Positions 37,754 to 47,297 of a stretch of 64,000 nucleotides of DNA are shown piece after piece. Location of the stretch: NCBI GenBank assembly GCA_014237395.1, contig JABZFP010000019.1:64756-128755 (forward strand). The letters are read 5' to 3'. The translations under genes and the position numbers were made by a program. Every line of letters starts with the position of its first letter. The first letter of the stretch is position 1. Source of the DNA: Desulfobacteraceae bacterium. GTDB lineage: Bacteria; Desulfobacterota; Desulfobacteria; Desulfobacterales; UBA5852. The notes under the pieces are model-generated. The model saw only the letters and a list, made by a program, of their open reading frames with translations. It made no database searches and had not been told where the DNA came from.

Positions 37754-38302
37754 CTATCCATTGCGCCGGTCTCTTTTACGGCTATATCTGCGGATTTCGT
37801 TGACATGCTCAAATTCGGCAATCTGTTGCTGTCCGATGTCGTTTAACCTGGGAACGGCCAGGACAGGTCGTATACGACGCGACCAGCGTTTGAAAACACC
37901 GGGACTGCCACGATCTTCAATTTCCAAAATGCCAAGAAGGGAATACGCGGTCGGCGAAGATGCGATCAATGCGAGGATGTCGGGTGAACACCGGAGTGCG
38001 TTAATGAAAAGATCCATTTCATTCCGTGTCCACCGCGGGCTAAAAACGAGTTGGCTGATTTTGCGGGCATATCCCTTGAGCAGCCATTGGGTTGCCCGGC
38101 GGTTGTTAATCAGGGCGACGGCGGAAAAGGTTTTGATGGCCCCGTCTTCCTGAATCGTCTGGCGATTGAAACTCAGGTAGCGAAGATTTTGTGTTTCTTC
38201 TGGCATACCACTGATGATCAGAATTTCTTTCAGAGCAGAAATGTCTGATGCAAAATTCCGGGAAACGGCTTCAAGGAGGTCGTCGATAAAATCAGTGCTC
38301 AT
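37754..38302 (-). CDS. Hypothetical protein (182 aa)
   Basis: Last gene of a co-directional minus-strand block. The sequence looks protein-like, while the antisense ORF 37704-38153 is Arg/Ser/Leu-rich junk. No family recognised. Confidence 0.6.
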   Translation of the reverse strand: MSTDFIDDLLEAVSRNFASDISALKEILIISGMPEETQNLRYLSFNRQTIQEDGAIKTFSAVALINNRRATQWLLKGYARKISQLVFSPRWTRNEMDLFINALRCSPDILALIASSPTAYSLLGILEIEDRGSPGVFKRWSRRIRPVLAVPRLNDIGQQQIAEFEHVNEIRRYSRKRDRRNG

Positions 38303-38381
38303 GGATTGAACCTTCCTTCTCCTCGTCCGGGAGCAGGTGTTCCCTCATCATATTCACCGTCACACGCCATGACAACCGCTA

Positions 38382-38834
38382 TTAAACGGCGATATGCCGG
38401 CAAACGATTGTCCCCTCCCTGATATCGACCAGTGCAACGCTGGCGGCTGTGCCTCCCCGTGGAAAAGACGCACTCCCCGGGTTGAGATACAGCACGCCTG
38501 CTTTTTCCATGCAAACAGGGCGGTGTGTGTGGCCGCTGATGACGATTCGAATATCGGCTGCTGCCGGGTCCAGGCTGATCTGATTCACATCGTGGATCAT
38601 ATAGACCAACAGGCCGCCGGCTTCCACAAATTCTTCCCGTGGGATATGGCGCGACCACACGCCATAATCCATATTGCCGCGAACAGGGACGACCGTTCCG
38701 ATTTTTTCCAACTTAGCAAGGACCTCGGGTTTGTCAATGTCGCCGGCATGGAGAATGAGATCCGTATCGCTTAGAATATCTATCGCATGTTTGTCAAGCT
38801 GGCCATGCGTATCGGATATCACGCCGATTGTCAT
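38382..38834 (-). CDS. YfcE/MJ0936-type metallophosphoesterase
   Basis: MTIGVISDTHG, ILHAGDI, VRGNMD, MIHD and ISGHTHRP metallophosphoesterase motifs. Trimmed to ATG 38834. Confidence 0.88.
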   Translation of the reverse strand: MTIGVISDTHGQLDKHAIDILSDTDLILHAGDIDKPEVLAKLEKIGTVVPVRGNMDYGVWSRHIPREEFVEAGGLLVYMIHDVNQISLDPAAADIRIVISGHTHRPVCMEKAGVLYLNPGSASFPRGGTAASVALVDIREGTIVCRHIAV

Positions 38835-38871
38835 GACATCACAGTGTCCCGAAGGTTCCGCGGTCGGATCG

Positions 38872-39990
38872 CTATCGAGCATGGTACAAATTGTCTGCAA
38901 AAACGAGCAGTAAACCGCTTAGATTGGGGGACATGACGTTAAATTGAACGCCGATGGCCTGGGCGTCTCCGGCTTCCGTCGCAAGGATCTGTGACCAGAT
39001 AATGGCCCCTCTGATGTTCAGGGTCATGGCGTCGTTTGGCGGGCTCATCATAATTTTGACGGATTTTCCGATAAGCTGCCTCGATTGCGACGGCTGGGCA
39101 TTCCCGTCTAACACGAGACAGGCGCCACCGATGGAGAGATCTCTGGCAAAGCCCGTCAATTTAAGAAGGGGGGTCAATTCATCGACCTCGAATACGTCCA
39201 GGGCGACTCTTACCGGAATCGTATGGCGACGGATTTTGCGGTTGACATGCGGCTTGGGGTTCAGCTTGCGCTGGGATTCGTAAAGGTCCATCACGGCTGG
39301 CCCGATGGACGGAAAACTTTTTCCGATTTCGATAAGATTGTCGCGTGAAATCTTGACCAATTCAACCCGGGTTGCCGTTTCGGTGTAGGATTGAGAGAAT
39401 TGTTCTTTGTCGAAAGGGCAAACGTCTCCAAATATTTCCGCCTCGACACTTTCCAGGAGGTGTTCCTGATGGCTGGATTGACGGACCGACGGGTAGGTCC
39501 GGCGGCGCAGTTGGCCGGAAACAACCATGTACAGATTATTCTCGGGGTCTCCGAATTTCTTGACCATTTTTCCGGGGGGAAGCACAATGCGCTCCAACCG
39601 GGTGATCAAAGCGATAAGCTCGCGAAACGAAAGCCCGGCAAAGAACATGTTGAGGGGGGTCGCCCGGGGATTGTTTTCGATCAGACGATGATAGAATTCT
39701 TTGATGGCTTTGAAGGAGGGTTTGACAATCTGCCATTGGAGCATTTTAGCGACGACCGCTTGCAGTACGAATCCGGATTCGATGAACGAGGCGGCGGTTT
39801 TGTCAAAATATTCCGCAGCGGCCGCAAAGGATTTACGTTTTACCAGCAGATCCGCCAGCGCGCGGTGCAGATGGGGATTCCCCGGGAATATTTTGAGCAT
39901 GCTTTGAAATTCGCCGATTGAGTCGATGGTGATCGATCCATCGATAATCTGGTTGACGATGCTGCTCTGGAGTTTGGCGGGTTCGGTCAA
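38872..39990 (-). CDS. Helical N-domain + cyclic-nucleotide-binding-like domain + PilZ domain protein
   Basis: PilZ motifs RKIRRH (RxxxR) and DLSIGG (DxSxxG). The central beta-roll is CAP-ED-like (KFGDPENNLYMVVSGQL...EIFGDV...TETATRVELVKISRDNL) but has no obvious RS/TA phosphate-binding Arg. The N-terminus is TPR-like. Confidence 0.8.
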   Translation of the reverse strand: MTEPAKLQSSIVNQIIDGSITIDSIGEFQSMLKIFPGNPHLHRALADLLVKRKSFAAAAEYFDKTAASFIESGFVLQAVVAKMLQWQIVKPSFKAIKEFYHRLIENNPRATPLNMFFAGLSFRELIALITRLERIVLPPGKMVKKFGDPENNLYMVVSGQLRRRTYPSVRQSSHQEHLLESVEAEIFGDVCPFDKEQFSQSYTETATRVELVKISRDNLIEIGKSFPSIGPAVMDLYESQRKLNPKPHVNRKIRRHTIPVRVALDVFEVDELTPLLKLTGFARDLSIGGACLVLDGNAQPSQSRQLIGKSVKIMMSPPNDAMTLNIRGAIIWSQILATEAGDAQAIGVQFNVMSPNLSGLLLVFADNLYHAR

Positions 39991-40005
39991 GGAAATCTCT
40001 CTGAT

Positions 40006-40587
40006 CTATCGACGGTTTGTCTTTTTCTTCTTCTTGGGCGGTTTCTTGCGTTTTAGTTTATTGGCAAGTGTCGCCTTCTTCGCTTCGATTTTGAGGCGGA
40101 TGGATTCACGGTACTCCGTTATCGCCTTGATTGCGAAATAATAGCCAATAGCGGCCACCGGCAGGCCGACGACAATACCACCCACCGTGAGAATTCCGAT
40201 AATTCCGGGTGCTTTTTGAAGGCTGTAGATAAGGGCATCCAGACTGAATTCTGTCGGCAGTTGGTAGCCATTTTCAATAAAAAGAACTTTTTTCCCGACG
40301 TAATACGTGACGCCATAGATAACCGGTGCCGAAAGCGGGTTGGATATCCAAACCGCCAAGGCGGCGGAAAACTTGTTCCATTTGAAAAGCGCGGCCAAGG
40401 GGACGGCGATCGCCATATGCAGCCCCATGAAAGGGCTCATGCCGACAAACAGTCCCAAAGCAAACCCAAGGGCGATTTCCTTTGGGTTTCCACGGATTTT
40501 GAGGAATCGGTAATAGGCCTTTCGAAAAGGCGTTATCCAGCGACGGCGTGAACCGCCGGGTTCATTCTGAGGAAATTCGTCTGGCAT
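40006..40587 (-). CDS. DUF2062 family membrane protein
   Basis: RGNPKEIALGFALGLFVGMSPFMGLHMAIAVPLAALFKWNKFSAALAVWISNPLSAPVIY matches the DUF2062 pattern. Lys-rich C-terminal tail. Confidence 0.8.
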   Translation of the reverse strand: MPDEFPQNEPGGSRRRWITPFRKAYYRFLKIRGNPKEIALGFALGLFVGMSPFMGLHMAIAVPLAALFKWNKFSAALAVWISNPLSAPVIYGVTYYVGKKVLFIENGYQLPTEFSLDALIYSLQKAPGIIGILTVGGIVVGLPVAAIGYYFAIKAITEYRESIRLKIEAKKATLANKLKRKKPPKKKKKTNRR

Positions 40588-40822
40588 AAACCGTTCGCTA
40601 CGCCTATTACATCAGTCCCCATGCCGGCCGCATTTGAGACAAAATGGTGTTTGAAGAACATGGCCCATTGCCGCAGTTAAGATCGACGCGTCCATATGGA
40701 TCCATTGCCGAACCAACTGTTTTATTGAATCATTTCGCTTTGAATTTGTAAAGCGATTCCACCAAAATATTCCCTTTGCAAACAAGTTTTATTCGAACGG
40801 CCAACACGCGCCGCGCAAGGCT

Positions 40823-41878
40823 TTATTGTGGATGGCGCCGATGGTCGGAAAGGGCGGGCAGCGGTCTGGTGACAGTGGGTGTGATCCGCATCACCACCAG
40901 GCGGGTAAAAAGCCAAAACAGGACCAAGGGAATTAAAATGGTTTGGAAAATAAAGACCACCATCAGGCGGATGGTATCTTCGGTAAAGTGTTCGATCTTA
41001 TCCCCCAAACGCTCGAATGTCGCCCGAATATCGATCAAATTCCTGGTTTCCGCTATCCATTGTCGAAATGTCTGCAGCGTGCTTTCGGATTGCATCTGGT
41101 CTTTTTGGGGAACCGCCGGAACAACGTTTTCGAGCTCATGGCTCATGGCCGTCACGGTTTGTGTGGCTTCCTGGTAGTGACGGTCCAGAAAACGGTCGTA
41201 AACAGCCTCGCTCACCACGGCAAGGGCGGGAATGAAAAGGCGCACGGTTAGTGCCACCAGGACCAGACGTGTCGCTGACGACTGTAGATCCCAACCCACC
41301 CAGAAACGCTTCCAGGGGGTTATGGCCAGCAGCACCATGGCCATGGTCAGCAGCACGCGCAGACCCAGCCAGTCGCCCATTTCCATTAGAATGCGCTGCA
41401 CGCCAAGCGAAGCCGTGCTGGCCAGCATGATCCAGGAAAACCGTTCGGCCAGATCATTGATCGGGTCCAGCACCTCCCCGACGCTCAGGTTCAGCCCGAT
41501 GCCGGCCGGCGATACCGCAATCTCGGTCCCCTGGATTACGGAAATCATGCCATTGAGTCCCCTGACGATGGCAAACGTATAGGCCGCCCGCGCCATGGTG
41601 GTTTCCACATAGGTGGTCGCGCGCTGGTCCATGTACGCGAGCGGCGTTTTTTCAATAAGAGAACTCAAAAGCGAGCTGAAGCATAGGATCGCCATGAGCA
41701 GGGCAATGATCGAGGCGGCACTTTTTCGTTGAACAGATGAAATGGTCAACAATGGATCACGTCCTTTCCAGGCCGGTGTTTGATCGTTTCTTCGAAATGT
41801 CACGCGATGCGACAGGACTTGAGTATATGAGAGTTGTTCGGCGTTCGTCAAACGGGAGTTGGGGCATGACCCCGTCAC
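40823..41878 (-). CDS. Hypothetical polytopic membrane protein
   Basis: 351-aa ORF with several hydrophobic helices, first in the minus-strand block. No family recognised and the start is uncertain. Confidence 0.6.
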   Translation of the reverse strand: MTGSCPNSRLTNAEQLSYTQVLSHRVTFRRNDQTPAWKGRDPLLTISSVQRKSAASIIALLMAILCFSSLLSSLIEKTPLAYMDQRATTYVETTMARAAYTFAIVRGLNGMISVIQGTEIAVSPAGIGLNLSVGEVLDPINDLAERFSWIMLASTASLGVQRILMEMGDWLGLRVLLTMAMVLLAITPWKRFWVGWDLQSSATRLVLVALTVRLFIPALAVVSEAVYDRFLDRHYQEATQTVTAMSHELENVVPAVPQKDQMQSESTLQTFRQWIAETRNLIDIRATFERLGDKIEHFTEDTIRLMVVFIFQTILIPLVLFWLFTRLVVMRITPTVTRPLPALSDHRRHPQ

Positions 41879-42031
41879 ATTAAGGGATGGATAGGCTATG
41901 CGTTTTATGGTATGACCCGTGAACGTTTCCGTGTACCAATCGTTTTGGTCTTGTCATATTGCCGGTTATAAAAATGGGGTTTGTGCGAAGCGGTTTTGAG
42001 GGTTCGGCCGCATCGACGAAAGGGGAGGCAT

Positions 42032-42424
42032 ATGAAAATTCTCGTCGCGTTTGAAGGATCGAATGTCGCCAAGGCGGCCATGGAACTGGCCGTTAAACAT
42101 GCCCGGGCCTTCAACGCTGAACTGGTGTTGGTATGGTCCATGGTCAAAGGGGATGAAGATCAGCAGGAAACCATTCAAAATGCCGAAAATACACTGGCCT
42201 ACTGGAAAGATCAGTTGGAGCAAAAGGGCCTGACGTGTCAGACCCATCTCCTGATTCGGGGGGTCGAGCCCGGAGAAGATGTGGTTCGTTTTGCAACCGA
42301 TCTGGATGTGGAAGAAATTGTCATCGGTGTCCGGCGCCGTTCGAAAGTGGGGAAATTGTTATTCGGCTCCACGGCCCAATATGTCATCTTGAATGCCCCC
42401 TGCCCGGTGGTTACGGTTCGATAG
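42032..42424 (+). CDS. Universal stress protein (UspA family)
   Basis: GGGGAGG RBS. MKILVAFEGSNVAKAAMELAV...IVIGVRRRSKVGKLLFGSTAQYVILNAPCPVVTV has the typical Usp ATP-binding C-terminus. Confidence 0.88.
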   Translation: MKILVAFEGSNVAKAAMELAVKHARAFNAELVLVWSMVKGDEDQQETIQNAENTLAYWKDQLEQKGLTCQTHLLIRGVEPGEDVVRFATDLDVEEIVIGVRRRSKVGKLLFGSTAQYVILNAPCPVVTVR

Positions 42425-42557
42425 CGCCACTTTTCGCATCGCATAAACCATGGCGCAATGAGCGCGCCCAACGTGTTTGGAATTTGCCGAACGACATGCT
42501 GTCGATTCGGCATTTTTTAAGGCCTAAAGTGCAGCAGTCGATGGAGGGTTTGCTATC

Positions 42558-43523
42558 ATGAAAAAGATTTGGATCGTGTTTTTATTGGGCTGTCTGATGA
42601 TGGCACCGGGGATGGCCACGGCCCAACCCTATCGGATTTCGGTAAGCCAATTTGTGGAACACCCCGCTCTGGATGCTGTTTTAAATGGGTTTCAAGACTA
42701 CCTGGCCGAAGAAGGTGTTGATGCCCGTTATCAAGTTCATATCGCCCAGGCGAACATGGCCACGGCCGGCCAAATCGGCACCCAGATCATGGGTGAAGAC
42801 CCTGATTTGATCCTGGCCATTGCAACGCCCACCGCTCAGGCGGTCGCGCAAGCCTTTAAAAAAGCGTCCCACATGAAAACGACACCGTTCCTGTTCAGTG
42901 CGATTACCGACCCTGTGGAAGCCGGGCTGGTCAATGACCTTCAGCATCCGGGGGGCAACATCACCGGGGTGTCTGATTTGCTGCCACTGGACCAGCATAT
43001 GGGGATGGTCATGCGCTTCTATCCCGACTTGAAGCGCCTCGGTGTCCTGTACAATGCCGGCGAAGCCAATTCCAAATCAACGCTTGAAGGCATCCGCGCG
43101 ATTGGTCTGCAAAAAGGATTCGAGGTGGTTGAAGCCACGGTGTCGAAATCCAGCGATGTCTACCAGGCCACCAAAAGCCTGGTGGGCCAGGTCGATGCGG
43201 TGTTCGTCCCCACGGACAACACGGTGGTATCGGCGCTCGAGTCCGCCGTCAAAGTCTGCACGCAGGCCAAGTTAGCCTTGTTCTGTGCCGATGTGGACAG
43301 TGTCAAACGGGGGGCCGTAGCCGCCATGGGCTTCGATTATTACAAGCACGGCCGCCAGACCGGTGCCATGGCGAAGCGCATTTTCGAAGGCGCCAATCCC
43401 GGCGAGTTGCCGGTTGAATCGCAAAAGGCCCTGGAGTTGCACCTGAATCTGACGTCCGCCCGCGAAATGGGCGTCACCGTTCCCCAGGCCATCATCGATT
43501 CCGCTGATAAAACGTATCAATAA
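42558..43523 (+). CDS. ABC transporter substrate-binding protein (ABC_sub_bind family)
   Basis: Signal peptide MKKIWIVFLLGCLMMAPGMATA. ISVSQFVEHPALDAV..GF and ILAIATPTAQA resemble the ABC_sub_bind (YufN/TrpX-like) family. Confidence 0.8.
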   Translation: MKKIWIVFLLGCLMMAPGMATAQPYRISVSQFVEHPALDAVLNGFQDYLAEEGVDARYQVHIAQANMATAGQIGTQIMGEDPDLILAIATPTAQAVAQAFKKASHMKTTPFLFSAITDPVEAGLVNDLQHPGGNITGVSDLLPLDQHMGMVMRFYPDLKRLGVLYNAGEANSKSTLEGIRAIGLQKGFEVVEATVSKSSDVYQATKSLVGQVDAVFVPTDNTVVSALESAVKVCTQAKLALFCADVDSVKRGAVAAMGFDYYKHGRQTGAMAKRIFEGANPGELPVESQKALELHLNLTSAREMGVTVPQAIIDSADKTYQ

Positions 43524-43548
43524 CCAACGAATGGACCGCTTTTAAAAG

Positions 43549-44436
43549 ATGTCCTGGTATGCTGCCATCGGCGCCGTCGAGCAGGGTCTGCTTTATGGGA
43601 TCATGGTGATCGGTGTTTATCTGACTTTTCGGGTCCTGGATTTTCCCGATCTCACGGTGGACGGCAGCCTGCCCCTGGGCGCCGCCGTTTCCGCGGTGGC
43701 CCTTACGCATGGTTTTCATCCGCTGGCGGCCCTGGGATTGGCCATGTCCGCCGGCTTTTTGGCCGGCATGGTAACGGCGCTGCTCAACACCAAGCTGCAG
43801 ATTCTTCATCTTCTGGCGTCGATTCTAACCATGATCGCCCTGTATTCCATCAATATCCGCATCATGGACGGCCCCAACGTCTCCCTGCTCGGTGTGTCCA
43901 CCATGCTCGATGTGATGCCCGATCTGGGCGTGACCGGCTATTGGTCGGCACCGCTGCTTTTTGGGCTGCTGGCAATCAGTGTGACGGTTTTCATGATCTG
44001 GTTTCTGCACACCGAACTGGGGCTGGCCGTTCTGGCCACCGGGGACAACGCCCGCATGATTACCGCCCAGGGGGTCAATACCCATCACATCATTATGCTC
44101 GGGGTGGGGCTTTCCAACGCCATGGTTGCCCTGAGCGGGGCCCTGGTGGCCCAGAACCAGGGCGCCGCCGATGTTAATATGGGCGTGGGGACCATCATTG
44201 CTGGACTGGCTTCGGTCATTGTCGGCGAAACCTTGTTCGGCCGGGGGGGAATCACGCGGGGATGCATTGCGGCCCTGCTGGGCTCCATTGTCTATCGCGT
44301 GGCCATCGCCCTTGCGCTGGGGATCAAATGGGGGGCCTTTGCCTTTACGCCCAGTGACCTGAATCTCATTACGGCGCTTTTGGTCGTAGGTGCCCTCGTG
44401 ACCCCCATTCTTAAAAAGAAGTGGACGCGGCCATGA
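43549..44436 (+). CDS. ABC transporter permease
   Basis: 295-aa polytopic protein following the SBP gene and ATGA-coupled to the ATPase gene. Confidence 0.85.
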   Translation: MSWYAAIGAVEQGLLYGIMVIGVYLTFRVLDFPDLTVDGSLPLGAAVSAVALTHGFHPLAALGLAMSAGFLAGMVTALLNTKLQILHLLASILTMIALYSINIRIMDGPNVSLLGVSTMLDVMPDLGVTGYWSAPLLFGLLAISVTVFMIWFLHTELGLAVLATGDNARMITAQGVNTHHIIMLGVGLSNAMVALSGALVAQNQGAADVNMGVGTIIAGLASVIVGETLFGRGGITRGCIAALLGSIVYRVAIALALGIKWGAFAFTPSDLNLITALLVVGALVTPILKKKWTRP

Positions 44437-45227
44437 TCCGCATCGAGGGATACACGCAGTATTTTCACCGCGGCGGTGTCAACGAAATCCGTGCGCTCGA
44501 GCAGGTCGATCTGCACCTTGCAAAAGGCGACTTTGTGACCCTGATCGGATCCAACGGCGCCGGCAAATCGACGCTTCTCAATGGATTGGCCGGGGTGCAT
44601 CGGGCGGATGAAGGGCAGATGTGGATTGGTGGCCGTAATGTCACCGACTGGCCGGAGCACCGGCGGGCCGCCTACATCGGCCGGGTATTCCAGGATCCGC
44701 TGGTGGGGACCTGCGCCTCCCTCAGCATCGAGCAGAATATGGCCTTGTCGTTCAAGCGGGGGCAAGGGAGGGGATTGAGCCTCGGCGTCAAACAGCAGGA
44801 TCGCGGGTTTTTCAGGGAGCAGCTGCAGATCCTTGGACTGGGGCTCGAAGACCGTTTAAAGGCGTCGGTGGGACTCCTTTCGGGAGGACAGCGGCAAGCC
44901 TTGACCATGGTCATGGCCACCCTGATCGAGCCGGAGGTGCTGCTGCTGGATGAACACACGGCGGCCCTGGACCCGAAAACCGCGCGGCAGATTCTTGAAT
45001 TGACCGGGCAGATCGTCGCCATCAAACAGCTGACCACGATGATGGTCACCCACAACATGGCCCAGGCCCTGGCCTACGGGAACCGTTTGGTGATGCTCCA
45101 CCAGGGCGGCATTATCCTGGATGTCAGCGGTGAAGAGAAAAAGAATTTGACCGTCGAGGATTTGCTGGCGCAGTTTTACACGGCCCAGGGCGAGGCCTTT
45201 GCTTCGGATCGCGCCCTGTTGTGCTAA
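44433..45227 (+). CDS. ABC transporter ATP-binding protein
   Basis: Walker A GSNGAGKST, signature LSGGQRQAL, Walker B LLLDEHTAALD. Confidence 0.9.
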   Translation: MIRIEGYTQYFHRGGVNEIRALEQVDLHLAKGDFVTLIGSNGAGKSTLLNGLAGVHRADEGQMWIGGRNVTDWPEHRRAAYIGRVFQDPLVGTCASLSIEQNMALSFKRGQGRGLSLGVKQQDRGFFREQLQILGLGLEDRLKASVGLLSGGQRQALTMVMATLIEPEVLLLDEHTAALDPKTARQILELTGQIVAIKQLTTMMVTHNMAQALAYGNRLVMLHQGGIILDVSGEEKKNLTVEDLLAQFYTAQGEAFASDRALLC

Positions 45228-45264
45228 AGGCGCGATCCGCGATGGGCGTGTGCCGGCGGTCGAT

Positions 45265-46638
45265 TCAGTTTTTCATGCTGTGAATGGGGGCGGGAATCCG
45301 GCCACCGTGCAACACAAACGGGTTGTCGCCCTGGGCGTTGTTGACCGGCATGATCACCGAATGTCCCAGCAATCCTCCGAAAAAAGCGTTTTCGCCGGCC
45401 TTCTTGCCGGGCACCGGGATCAGTCGTGTGGCCGTTGTTTTGGCGTTGATGACCCCGATGGCCATTTCGTCGGCGATCATGGCGGCAATGGTTTCCGTCG
45501 TGGTGTCGCCCGGTATGGCCACCATGTCGAGCCCGACGGAGCAAACACTCGTCATGGCCTCCAGCTTTTCGATCGTCAGGTATCCGTTGCGCGCCGCCTC
45601 GGCAATGTTGAGGTCTTCACTGACCGGAATAAAAGCCCCGCTCAGCCCCCCCACATGCGAGCTGGCAAAGGCGCCGCCTTTTTTGATGGCATCGTTCAAC
45701 ATGGCCAGGGCGGCCGTGCTGCCGGGAACCCCGATGCTGCGCAGGCCCAGGCTCTGGAATATCTCTCCAACACTGTCCCCGACGTTGGGGGTCGGCGCCA
45801 GGCTGAGATCGACGGCCCCGAATTCAATCCCGATACTGTCCGCCACCTCCCGTCCGATCAATTCCCCCACGCGGGTGACTTTATAGGCGGTGCGTTTGAT
45901 CAGTTCGGAAATTTGTCCCAGATCCCAGCCCGGGTGCTGCTCCAGGGCGCGATCGATGGCTTTGCGAACGACCCCGGGGCCGCTGACGCCCACATTGATG
46001 ACCGCGTCCGGTTCGCCGATGCCCAGATAGGCACCGGCCATGAAGGGCACGTCCTGGGGGATATTGGCAAAGACGCAGAGTTTGGCGGCGGCCAGGCCGT
46101 CCTTTTCAGCGGTTTTTTCCGCCGCCGCTTTGACGACTTCACCCATCATCAGCACCGCGTCCATATTGATGCCGGCCCGGGTGCTGGCGACATTCACCGA
46201 GGCGCAGACCCGCTCGGTCTGGGCCAGGGCGTCCGGAATGGCCTCGATCAGGGAGCGGTCCCCGTTGGCCAGGCCTTTTTCGACCAGTGCGGAAAAGCCA
46301 CCGATGAAATCCACATTGACCTCGGCCGCCACATCGTTCAGGGTTTGCGCCACCGTCGTCATCTGGCGGGAATTGAACGGCGCCGCGACGATCGCGATGG
46401 GGCTGACGGAAATGCGCTTGTTGACGACGGGAATGCCGTACTTGTCGCTGATCTGATTGCAGGCCGGCACTAGGTTGCGCGCCAGTGTCTTGATCTTGTG
46501 GCGGATATTACGGCATAATTTTTCAAGATCGTCACTGACGCAGTCCATCAGGTTGATGCCCAATGTGACGGTCCGCAGATCGAGGTGTTCGCTTTGAAGC
46601 ATTTCCAGCGTGGCTACGATTTCTCTACTTGTCAGCAT
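45265..46638 (-). CDS. UPF0210 (DUF711, PFL-like fold) family protein
   Basis: MLTSREIVATLEMLQSEHLDLRTVTLGINLMDC...KYGIPVVNKRISVSPIA is the characteristic UPF0210 N-terminus. Confidence 0.88.
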   Translation of the reverse strand: MLTSREIVATLEMLQSEHLDLRTVTLGINLMDCVSDDLEKLCRNIRHKIKTLARNLVPACNQISDKYGIPVVNKRISVSPIAIVAAPFNSRQMTTVAQTLNDVAAEVNVDFIGGFSALVEKGLANGDRSLIEAIPDALAQTERVCASVNVASTRAGINMDAVLMMGEVVKAAAEKTAEKDGLAAAKLCVFANIPQDVPFMAGAYLGIGEPDAVINVGVSGPGVVRKAIDRALEQHPGWDLGQISELIKRTAYKVTRVGELIGREVADSIGIEFGAVDLSLAPTPNVGDSVGEIFQSLGLRSIGVPGSTAALAMLNDAIKKGGAFASSHVGGLSGAFIPVSEDLNIAEAARNGYLTIEKLEAMTSVCSVGLDMVAIPGDTTTETIAAMIADEMAIGVINAKTTATRLIPVPGKKAGENAFFGGLLGHSVIMPVNNAQGDNPFVLHGGRIPAPIHSMKN

Positions 46639-46714
46639 ATGGTTTCTCTTCCGCGTTCAGCGGAAGCCTATCCTGTTTGGGGGGCGGTTAACGGCATGGG
46701 CGCTGCCGGCGTCG

Positions 46715-47269
46715 TCAAATGCGGTTCAGGGTCATAAAAATATCACGGTGCTGAATGCTCACCTGAAGGTTCAGTTCAGCCCCTTTTTCTCTGAGATCCA
46801 GGAACAGGGCCTGCTGATCGGCCCGGGGCGGTATGTCCACCTCATAGATCATGATGTTGCTGTTGGGATCATCACCGCCTTTGAACACGGCCTGGCAATT
46901 GGTGATATTGACCTCGTGATTGGCGATGATTTCCGTGACGCGGGCCACGAGGCCTTTCTGGTCTGGGCCACGGGTGGTGATGACAAAGGATTCGCCCAGC
47001 AAGCCATTGACGGCCTCATGGCGGGGCTCCATCGGTTTGACATGGACCTGGAGTCCCATGGGACTTAAAATGTCCGTCATCTTGCCTTCCAGCGTGGGCA
47101 GCGCCATGGCGGCCGGCACGGTGGCGATGAAAATACCGGCGAACTCGGACTGCAGGCTGGTCTGGCTGACGTTCTCGATATTACTGTCGTTTTCATACAG
47201 CAGCCGTGAGACCGCGGCAATGATGCCGGGGCGATCATTGCCGAGAACCGAAATGATGACTTTTTTCAT
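46715..47269 (-). CDS. Tandem ACT-domain protein (GcvR/UPF0237-like)
   Basis: MKKVIISVLGNDRPGIIAAVSRLLYENDSNIENVSQ and a second copy FVITTRGPDQKGLVARVTEIIANHEVNITN. ACT proteins classically precede UPF0210 genes. Confidence 0.8.
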   Translation of the reverse strand: MKKVIISVLGNDRPGIIAAVSRLLYENDSNIENVSQTSLQSEFAGIFIATVPAAMALPTLEGKMTDILSPMGLQVHVKPMEPRHEAVNGLLGESFVITTRGPDQKGLVARVTEIIANHEVNITNCQAVFKGGDDPNSNIMIYEVDIPPRADQQALFLDLREKGAELNLQVSIQHRDIFMTLNRI

Positions 47270-47297
47270 GGTGTAATTCCTAACCGCCGGAGGCCAT

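Noticed and set aside
37704-38153. A 149-aa plus-strand ORF.
   Set aside because: It is antisense to the more protein-like 182-aa minus-strand ORF, which continues the co-directional operon. Its translation is Leu/Arg/Ser-rich with no motifs.
40727-40759. The imperfect hairpin GAATC-ATT-TCGCTTT...AAAGCGA-TTC in the 235-nt gap between the membrane-protein gene and the DUF2062 gene.
   Set aside because: No U-tract on either strand and a bulged stem. I could not distinguish it from chance secondary structure, so it is not annotated.
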